Below, in pieces: positions 1-6,266 of a stretch of DNA of 64,000 nucleotides. Source of the DNA: Chloroflexota bacterium. Its GTDB lineage: Bacteria > Chloroflexota > Anaerolineae > JAAYZQ01. The stretch lies in assembly GCA_018606645.1 (NCBI GenBank), contig JAGVRI010000016.1, positions 16,790 through 80,789 of the forward strand, given 5' to 3'. A program made the position numbers and the translations under genes. The notes under the pieces are model-generated. The model had not been told where the DNA came from, did no database searches, and saw only the letters and a list, made by a program, of their open reading frames with translations. The stretch's first letter is position 1; every line of letters begins with the position of its first letter.

Positions 1-165
1 GGAGAGCACCTCCTCCAGCGATTTGGAGCCGACCAGCACCGGGGTCGGAAGGGGGAGGACCCCCTCCGCAACGACCCCGGTAGGGAGAGGTCGAGCGGTG
101 GGTCGGCACTGGACCAGGACGGTGACCAGGAGCCACCCTACCCCTATCAGGAGCCTGCGAGCCAT
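1..165 (-). CDS. Partial CDS (N-terminus only, continues beyond window start): exported protein with signal-peptide-like N-terminus
   Basis: ATG at 165 (minus) with GGAGG about 7 nt upstream; reads MARRLLIGVGWLLVTVLVQCRPTA... and stays open to position 1; absent from the ORF track because it is cut by the window edge. Confidence 0.4.
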   Translation of the reverse strand, partial: MARRLLIGVGWLLVTVLVQCRPTARPLPTGVVAEGVLPLPTPVLVGSKSLEEVLS

Positions 166-391
166 AATTTGCCTCCTTTGAATAGACGGCGATGGAAATC
201 GCCCCTCAAGAGCCTTCGGCCCGCGCCACCGTAGCCACCGTAGGGCGACGGGCCGGTCGCCCTGCTGGCGCACCGCCTGAGCAAACCGGAGGTTTGCCCT
301 ACCGCCGGCCCCGCCGGCGATGTTCCGTCGCCAGAGATTGTACCACACCCACCGGGTTTCTGGCTACCTGCCGCCTGTCGAGCGAAAAGAG

Positions 392-745
392 GAAGAGGCG
401 GCGGACCTCGTCTTTAGTCAGGACGGTGGGCAAGCGCCGGGGCCGTTTGGTCAAAAAGACAGGGTCAGTCTCTTTATATAAAGGACTTTACCGTAGAGCG
501 GGCGAAGCGCTGCTTCGCCCCTACAGGGCCTGGTTCTGGTTGGAAGCGGCGACGTGCTCCTGGACGGCCAGATAGGTGAGGAAGGCTGCGACCTGCGGTG
601 CGCCCATTTCGGCGGGGTGGCGTTTGCCGTGGAAGAGGATGTAGCGGGTGATCCAGTGGAGATAGGCCTGCTCGGTGCGGTAGGAGTAGTGTTTGACGCG
701 CAGGGCGTCGCGTACCTGGTCAAGCAGTTTTTTGGGTGGGTTCAT
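392..745 (-). pseudogene. intI: Integron-type tyrosine recombinase (IntI-like) remnant: N-terminal SAM-like domain only, interrupted by stops, catalytic domain missing
   Basis: 521..745 encodes MNPPKKLLDQVRDALRVKHYSYRTEQAYLHWITRYILFHGKRHPAEMGAPQVAAFLTYLAVQEHVAASNQNQAL then TAG; the same frame resumes with RPRRLPTVLTKDEVRRL (450..392) after 24 codons holding TAG and TAA; nothing resembling the catalytic domain follows. Confidence 0.7.
493..524. repeat. REP-like palindrome (GTAGGGGC..GCCCCTAC family) inside the intI remnant
   Basis: GTAGAGCGGGCGAAGC-GCT-GCTTCGCCCCTAC; its right end read on the minus strand (GTAGGGG) supplies the TAG that ends the IntI frame. Confidence 0.6.
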
Positions 746-763
746 GGGCGGATTTCCTTTCAT

Positions 764-792
764 TTGACAGAGTTCGCGCTTTGTTCTATAAT
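764..792 (+). promoter_or_regulatory. Pc-like sigma70 promoter pointing into the cassette array
   Basis: TTGACA (764..769), 17-nt spacer, TATAAT (787..792): perfect consensus, just upstream of and opposite to the intI start. Confidence 0.55.
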
Positions 793-899
793 GAAAGTGC
801 TTCGTCTCAAACGAGTTGTGAAATAGGTCCAGTGGGCCTATTATACGGGGGTTCTCCGTAAAAGCAACTGCAAGGGGGGCTAGGTCGAATCCGTCCAAG

Positions 900-947
900 A
901 TACTGAATCAGCGGTAAAGGTGGATTCCGTATACTGAATAGTTAGGT
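900..947 (+). other. Putative attI region: two direct repeats followed by a GTTAGGT core
   Basis: ATACTGAAT at 900..908 and 931..939, then GTTAGGT at 941..947 (GTTRRRY type); the position between intI and the first attC matches attI layout. Confidence 0.4.
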
Positions 948-972
948 CGGACGCTTCGCTCCGCTTGCGTCC

Positions 973-1013
973 GACCTAATGGGGCGGCGGCTGTTCCCAT
1001 CCGCCAGTTAGGC
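973..1013 (+). repeat. Short attC-like palindrome (ORF-less unit)
   Basis: GACCTAAT ... GTTAGGC with partial internal pairing; no ORF between it and the preceding GTTAGGT core. Confidence 0.3.
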
Positions 1014-1036
1014 GGCTAGCTCGCTCCGCTCGCGTC

Positions 1037-1120
1037 CGCCTAACTGGCGGATGGAGCCGACCCTTGCGTCGGCGCTGACGCGCCTCCGCCACGGGCGGCT
1101 CATCCGCCGCCCCATTGGGC
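1037..1120 (+). repeat. attC-like site preceding the Mrr cassette
   Basis: CGCCTAAC-TGGCGGATGGAGCCGAC ... GGGCGGCTCATCCGCC...ATTGGGC; the inner arm GAGCCGAC/GCGGCTC is shared with the other attC sites; the R' core has A instead of G. Confidence 0.5.
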
Positions 1121-1151
1121 GCTGTAGGCAACGTGAGGAATGAGGTGGCAT

Positions 1152-1958
1152 ATGCTGCCAAAACAACGGGAAGTGGAAGTGCCTCTCTTGGAAGTCCTAG
1201 TAGCCTTGGGCGGTGAAGGCAGGCCCAGTGACATTTACCCTCTGGTCACACAAAAGTTCCCCCAGATTCGTCATGAGGATCTTCTGAAAACCTTGCCTTC
1301 CGGTGGCAACAGGTGGACCAATCGGATTCAGTGGGCAAGACAGACGCTTGTTACGAAAGGGGAGATGGACAGCCCAGGCCACGGGATATGGCGAATCACC
1401 GAGAAGGGGTGCCAAAGGCTCGGACAAGTCACAGCAGGTAAGCCACAGGCACCTATGGTAAGTTTTACGGAGTTGTACGAGGAATATGAAGCCTCATTCC
1501 GCTCTCGCTTGCTTGACATACTGCAGGGTCTATCGCCTACTCAGTTCGAGCAGTTTGCTCAGAGGCTGCTCAGGGCATACGGCTTTGTGGATATGAAGGT
1601 CACTCAGAGGTCAAGGGATGGCGGTATAGATGGGTATGGCAAGCTGCGATTGGGTTTGGCAACGATGAATGTGGCGTTCCAGTGCAAGAGATGGCAGGGG
1701 AATGTCGGACGTCCTGAGGTAGACAAGTTTCGAGGGGCGATCCAGGGCGAGTTTGAGCAAGGTGTGTTTTTCACCACTTCTGACTTTACACCTGAAGCCA
1801 GGGATGCTTCATTGAAGAAAGGAGCTGTGCCGATAATTCTTCTCAACGGGGAGAGCATTGTCAACTTGATGATTGAGAAGGGGCTTGGCGTCGAGCGACT
1901 CCCCTTGTATATCTATTATGAGCGGCCACGAGACTTTGCAGAGGACGAGGAGATTTGA
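1152..1958 (+). CDS. mrr: Mrr-family restriction endonuclease (integron cassette 1)
   Basis: N-terminal Mrr_N-like winged helix (EVLVALGGEGRPSDIYPLV...RIQWARQTLVTKG) and C-terminal Mrr_cat PD-(D/E)xK core (DGGIDGYG...AFQCKRW...FFTTSDFT); ATG at 1152 after GAGGTGG. Confidence 0.85.
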   Translation: MLPKQREVEVPLLEVLVALGGEGRPSDIYPLVTQKFPQIRHEDLLKTLPSGGNRWTNRIQWARQTLVTKGEMDSPGHGIWRITEKGCQRLGQVTAGKPQAPMVSFTELYEEYEASFRSRLLDILQGLSPTQFEQFAQRLLRAYGFVDMKVTQRSRDGGIDGYGKLRLGLATMNVAFQCKRWQGNVGRPEVDKFRGAIQGEFEQGVFFTTSDFTPEARDASLKKGAVPIILLNGESIVNLMIEKGLGVERLPLYIYYERPRDFAEDEEI

Positions 1959-1972
1959 TAACTGCAATGAGT

Positions 1973-2051
1973 GGCCCAACTCGCCGCATCAGCCGACACG
2001 CTCCGCTCGCCTCGCTCGCTCCGCGTGCGGCTGAGCGGCAGATCGTTGGCC
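1973..2051 (+). repeat. attC-like site of the Mrr cassette
   Basis: GGCCCAAC-TCGCCGCATCAGCCGAC-(loop)-GCGGCTGAGCGGCAGATC-GTTGGCC; the arms pair imperfectly with unpaired bases. Confidence 0.65.
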
Positions 2052-2092
2052 AGGCCAAAGTAGTATTCTAGCCACCGTGGAGGGCATCTCGC

Positions 2093-3472
2093 ATGCTAAG
2101 CAAGAAACTCCAGATTGTGAGCGTGATTCCCTTGATAATGCTCTTGGGATCCGTTCATGTCAACGGGGCGTTCAATGGTTCGGGTCACCAGAGATACACC
2201 AACCCACAACGTCCACAAGATGCGTGCAGCCGTCCACTATACCACACGAATGGAACGCCGTTGTACTATCGGGATCACTGCCCCGCTCCAAACAACATTA
2301 TCCCGCTAGAAGATAATCCACCAAGCGATCGATTTGAAGCAGCGCATGTTGCCTACTCTACCGGTGGATCGTGGGTGGAAGCTGTCTCAATGGACGATTT
2401 TGACCGGGACGGGAAGCTCGATATGGTAGTTAGCACAAGCTATTACCTTGACCCTTTGCGCGATCAACGGGTCTGGGTAGCCAGGCAAGATACCCCTTTG
2501 AGCTTTAGCCTAGTGCATTCGGCTACCATCGGAGCGCTCAGCCCGACTTCCCTTGACGTCGCCGATATGAACGGTGACGGCTACTTGGACATAGTCGTAG
2601 CTAATGAGCAGGTAGAGGTCGGCGACGAAGGTGACGTAAGGATTTTCTGGGGCACGGGGGATTTCAGCTTCATCCGCACCGATCATACCGCTGGTAACAA
2701 CCCGTATGCGGTAGCCGTCATACCAGTCTATAACAACTATACCAGAACGTTGGCGGTAGTGACCAACGTGCTTAGTGATTTTCTATCAAGTTATCTAGGA
2801 GAGACTGGTTACTCCGTGACGAGGACTGACTACTTGGCCCCGCAAGCGGGGTTCAATCAGTTGGCAACGGGCGACCTGAACAACGACGGCAACCAAGATA
2901 TTGCGGCCATGTGGGGCCAATTGGATGATGCGGCCTTCACCGAATATTTTGGGGACGGACAAGGGAGCTTGAGTGTCGGACCGAGTTTCCCCAAACACGA
3001 TCGGAATCCTACGGCGATTGCTGTAGGGGATGTCACAAATGACGGGCGCGACGACGTTATCATTGCGCGTGGCAGCAATCGGCCTTATGTATATGTCTTG
3101 GTATACGCCCAGGACCCAACAGGCCACCTTGCATTGACTGCTACGTATCCGTCGTTCGACATGCCCGAATCACTGGATGTGGCTGACGTCAATTGCGATG
3201 GGATCAATGATCTCATCGCAACCAATTCTGGCTGGTTTGCGTTCAGTTGGTGGCCGGGAAAACCCGACGGCACTCTTGGCCTATACCAGATCGAATGGCA
3301 CTCGTTCTATTTCAGTCACGTTGGCCCCAACGGCGCCGAGATGGCGGACGTAAATGGGGATGGGTTGAAGGATTATGTCGTGGTAGACTATAATGTTAAT
3401 GGCGTCTTGGTTGCGCTTCAGCGGCCGTGTTTTAAGAACAAGTTGTACCTGCCGTTGATCATCAGCAAGTAG
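2093..3472 (+). CDS. Secreted FG-GAP/VCBS repeat (integrin-alpha-like beta-propeller) protein (cassette 2)
   Basis: Signal peptide MLSKKLQIVSVIPLIMLLGSVHVNG; repeated DxDxDG Ca-binding-type motifs (DFDRDGKLDMVV, DMNGDGYLDIVV, DLNNDGNQDIAA, DVTNDGRDDVII, DVNCDGINDLIA, DVNGDGLKDYVV). Confidence 0.8.
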   Translation: MLSKKLQIVSVIPLIMLLGSVHVNGAFNGSGHQRYTNPQRPQDACSRPLYHTNGTPLYYRDHCPAPNNIIPLEDNPPSDRFEAAHVAYSTGGSWVEAVSMDDFDRDGKLDMVVSTSYYLDPLRDQRVWVARQDTPLSFSLVHSATIGALSPTSLDVADMNGDGYLDIVVANEQVEVGDEGDVRIFWGTGDFSFIRTDHTAGNNPYAVAVIPVYNNYTRTLAVVTNVLSDFLSSYLGETGYSVTRTDYLAPQAGFNQLATGDLNNDGNQDIAAMWGQLDDAAFTEYFGDGQGSLSVGPSFPKHDRNPTAIAVGDVTNDGRDDVIIARGSNRPYVYVLVYAQDPTGHLALTATYPSFDMPESLDVADVNCDGINDLIATNSGWFAFSWWPGKPDGTLGLYQIEWHSFYFSHVGPNGAEMADVNGDGLKDYVVVDYNVNGVLVALQRPCFKNKLYLPLIISK

Positions 3473-3514
3473 TCATCCCATATGAACTCAGTTTGGCTTT
3501 ACAGGTGGGAAATA

Positions 3515-3581
3515 GCCTGCTGACTTCTTGCTCCAGCTGACGCCGCCTGCGGCGGCGCGGCTGAGCGGCAGATCGTTAGGC
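3515..3581 (+). repeat. Degenerate attC-like site of the FG-GAP cassette
   Basis: Right half GCGGCTGAGCGGCAGATC-GTTAGGC matches site 1973..2051 up to the R' core; the left arm (AGCCTGCTGAC...TGCTCCAGCTGAC) pairs only partly. Confidence 0.45.
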
Positions 3582-3614
3582 GGCGAGAGCGTAAATACCT
3601 GGGAGGAGCCCAAA

Positions 3615-4139
3615 GTGAAGAAAAAGGTGGCTGCATTCATCTTGCGGACACAGACACAGGGAGGCATCGGTCTCTTACTGCATTCCTTTGCCGATGCTCC
3701 TTCTATACCAAGACGTGTCCCAGGGGGTGGTGTCTATTCTGAGGAGACACCCGAGCAAGCTGTCTATCGTGAAGTCCTTGAGGAGACGGGCCTAGCGCAA
3801 ATACAGTTGGTGCGCAAGCTAGGAGTGCAGCATTGCTACAAGCCCTACATACAGGCAGATGTCGAACGCCATGATTTCCTGTTTCGTATACCAACTGCGG
3901 CCCCAGACACCTGGGAATATCAGGTCAAAGGGAAAGGGGCAGATGCTGGGGAAGTCTTCCAGTACCATTGGGTTACAGCCGACCAGCTAGACCGCATTGA
4001 TATTGATGAGGAATACCGTCGGTTTATCACGCCTGACTATCTTCCAGAAATGTTCGAATATTGCCTACCAGCGTCGCCGCCCAACCCGCCGCTTCAGCCG
4101 ACACGCTCCGCTCGCCTCGCTCGCTCCGCGTGCGGCTGA
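3615..4139 (+). CDS. NUDIX hydrolase (cassette 3)
   Basis: Nudix box GGGVYSEETPEQAVYREVLEETGL; GTG at 3615 preceded by GGAGGAG; the stop codon lies inside the attC site. Confidence 0.8.
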   Translation: MKKKVAAFILRTQTQGGIGLLLHSFADAPSIPRRVPGGGVYSEETPEQAVYREVLEETGLAQIQLVRKLGVQHCYKPYIQADVERHDFLFRIPTAAPDTWEYQVKGKGADAGEVFQYHWVTADQLDRIDIDEEYRRFITPDYLPEMFEYCLPASPPNPPLQPTRSARLARSACG

Positions 4140-4156
4140 ACCGCAAACCGTTAGGC
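4078..4156 (+). repeat. attC-like site of the NUDIX cassette
   Basis: CGCCCAAC-CCGCCGCTTCAGCCGAC-(loop)-GCGGCTGAACCGCAAACC-GTTAGGC; its 45-nt core is identical to site 1973..2051. Confidence 0.65.
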
Positions 4157-4175
4157 GGCTTTACGGAGTACAACT

Positions 4176-5033
4176 ATGAAGGGAGAATGGTCGAGCGTCA
4201 CTGCGCAGGGTATCGCTGCCATTAGGGCAATTGAATCGAGCAGACCACCCGAGCAGAGGATTTGTTACGATCCCCTTGCTCGTCAGCTAGTTAGCCCGGT
4301 GTTCTATCTTCTGGCTAAGCTATTTTGGAGATACGGAGAATGGAGAGCGCCGGGCACAACGGGGTTCATAGTCGCCCGCGCCCGTTACATTGACGATTAT
4401 CTACAAACCTGCCTCGATGGCGGAATCGACCAGTTGGTGATCTTAGGGGCGGGGCTGGATTCCAGGGCTTACCGCTTCGAACAACTCAGAGAGCACGTGA
4501 AAGTGTTCGAAGTAGATCATCCAGCAACACAGCAGGAAAAGTGCAAAAGACTTAGGAGGATCTTCGACGAGCTTCCCAAGTATGTGACTTTCGTTCCAAT
4601 TGATTTCAACGAAGAGAGCCTGGAAAAACTATTCGATTTCGGATTTGACAAACAGTGGAAGACTCTATTCATTTGGGAGGGTGTTACCTACTACCTGACA
4701 GCGGAAGCGATGGATAGTACTCTGGAATTCGTGGTGAGGAATTCAGAGGAAGGCAGTTCCATCATCTTCGATTACGTGCATGTCTCAGCCTTGACGGCCG
4801 CCCATAAGCGCGGAGAAATTGCTCGTATGCAGCGGTACGGACGATTCACCGGAGAGCAGTTGATATTCGGGATCGAAGAAGGAAAAGTGGTGGAATTTCT
4901 TAGCCAGCGCGGGTACACCCAGATCGTGAATGTAACTAGCGAGGATCTCAAAAGAGCGTATTTCACTGGCGTCAACCAGAATAGGCCCATTGCGCCCATC
5001 TATGCCATTGTCCATGCCACAGTGAAATCATAG
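4176..5033 (+). CDS. Class I SAM-dependent methyltransferase, leucine carboxyl / O-methyltransferase (TIGR00027-like) family (cassette 4)
   Basis: VILGAGLDSRAYRF SAM-binding motif and EVDHPATQ, typical of the LCM/Omt family. Confidence 0.8.
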   Translation: MKGEWSSVTAQGIAAIRAIESSRPPEQRICYDPLARQLVSPVFYLLAKLFWRYGEWRAPGTTGFIVARARYIDDYLQTCLDGGIDQLVILGAGLDSRAYRFEQLREHVKVFEVDHPATQQEKCKRLRRIFDELPKYVTFVPIDFNEESLEKLFDFGFDKQWKTLFIWEGVTYYLTAEAMDSTLEFVVRNSEEGSSIIFDYVHVSALTAAHKRGEIARMQRYGRFTGEQLIFGIEEGKVVEFLSQRGYTQIVNVTSEDLKRAYFTGVNQNRPIAPIYAIVHATVKS

Positions 5034-5044
5034 GATCAGACCGC

Positions 5045-5114
5045 CGCCTAACATCGCGTCGAGCCGACCGCCCTCCGCTACGCTCCGGGCAGCGGCTCAC
5101 GCTCACCGTTAGGC
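5045..5114 (+). repeat. attC-like site of the methyltransferase cassette (last in the array)
   Basis: CGCCTAAC-ATCGCGTCGAGCCGAC-(loop)-GCGGCTCACGCTCACC-GTTAGGC. Confidence 0.6.
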
Positions 5115-5207
5115 CCTTGTCGCCGGAGGTGATGAGAGGCGGGGAGGCAGGGCGGTGGGGCCTCCGCTCCGGTCGTCATTAGCCGGGGTATCATGGTCCA
5201 ACCATGT

Positions 5208-5474
5208 TCACCCAAGGTGGGCCAACTTCGGGAGGTACCGCCATTCCCAGATGCGGTGATGGCCGAGCACCTCTTCTCGCGAGTAGCCGCTGATCCGTTC
5301 GGCCACCTTGTTCCAGAGGACGATATTGAGCTGCGCGTCGAGGACATTCAGCCAGATGTTGGCATTTTCGACGATGCTGTTGGATAACTGGCTCAAGGCG
5401 CGGACGGAATGGCCTGCCTGTGGATGGGCAGACAACTGCCAAGCGGATGAGTGGCCGTTCATCGTCGTTTCCAC
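5208..5474 (-). pseudogene. PAS-domain sensor fragment (truncated)
   Basis: ENANIWLNVLDAQLNIVLWNKVAERISGYSREEVLGHHRIWEW is a PAS core; the ORF is only 88 aa with no output domain. Confidence 0.5.
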
Positions 5475-5518
5475 CGTCCCTGCCTCACCCTGAACCCAGG
5501 ATGCCGGATGACCATCGC

Positions 5519-5824
5519 ATGGTTCTCCCCTTGGGGCAAGTCGGGCGGCGTGATGATAAGGGTGCGCAAGCCCTCGTCTACGTCATTCGCCGTAGCACCG
5601 ACCGGTCATTTGACCGTGCCAGACTGGCGAAAGGCGGGGAAGGATACAGCTCGCCTCTGGAGCGAGACCCCCAGCGGGTCCTTCAGGCCGTGATCAACGG
5701 CTATGTCTCCGTCGCCTGCGCCCGGAACGAGTACGGGGTCGTGATCCACGAATCGGAGATGGAGATCGATTGGGAGGCGACGCAAAAGCAGCGAGAGCAG
5801 ATGCGCGCCTCTCAGGGAGGGTAG
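5519..5824 (+). pseudogene. Hydantoinase B/oxoprolinase (HyuB) C-terminal remnant
   Basis: GGEGYSSPLERDPQRVLQAVINGYVSVACARNEYGVVI matches the conserved C-terminal end of HyuB-type enzymes; the roughly 450 upstream residues are absent. Confidence 0.45.
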
Positions 5825-5828
5825 GACG

Positions 5829-6266
5829 GTGACGGTGCGGCTCCGATTCACCTTTGCCCGAGGGGGAGCACTGATCGCCGATCTATTGCCGACCGCCGCG
5901 CCCAGGACGATCGAGCGGGTGTTGGAGATACTGCCGTATGAAACGATCGTCTATCACACCCGCTGGTGCGGTCGGGAGATCAACTTTCCGATCCGCTGTC
6001 GCAGACCAGTCCCTCGGGAGAATCAGACGGCGACGCCCAACACCGGCGACGTGGTCTATTGGAAAGAATGGGAGATGGACGAGAGTCCGCCGGAAGCGCT
6101 GGCCATCTACTACGGAGCGGAGGTGATCCGCGATCATCGCGGCTTTCTCCCGGTCAACCGCTTCGCCCATATCTCGCAGAACCAGTGGCCCCTGATCGAA
6201 GAGATCGGGGTGCGGGTGTGGCAACGAGGGATCGAAACGATCTACGTGGAGGCGGTGGAGGACTAG
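5829..6266 (+). CDS. Cyclophilin-like fold protein (DUF3830-like)
   Basis: 145-aa ORF with GTG start 5 nt after the hyuB remnant; the motif NTGDVVYW...ALAIYYG resembles cyclophilin-like DUF3830 proteins; family call from memory only. Confidence 0.5.
   Translation: MTVRLRFTFARGGALIADLLPTAAPRTIERVLEILPYETIVYHTRWCGREINFPIRCRRPVPRENQTATPNTGDVVYWKEWEMDESPPEALAIYYGAEVIRDHRGFLPVNRFAHISQNQWPLIEEIGVRVWQRGIETIYVEAVED

Larger units (their letters stand above)
392..5114 (+). mobile_element. Integron-like element: decayed intI, Pc-like promoter, attI-like region, two ORF-less units and four ORF cassettes each ending in an attC-like site
   Basis: Divergent intI remnant; same-strand ORFs of unrelated function separated by 67-84 bp imperfect palindromes bounded by RYYYAAC...GTTRRRY. 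Confidence 0.7.

Noticed and set aside
192-575. 127-aa plus-strand ORF at the window start
   Set aside because: It is Arg/Pro-rich, has no RBS, and overlaps the intI remnant on the opposite strand. It is a shadow ORF.
5115-5207. A further attC site or cassette after the methyltransferase cassette
   Set aside because: No RYYYAAC/GTTRRRY-bounded palindrome is seen downstream of 5114, so the array appears to end here.
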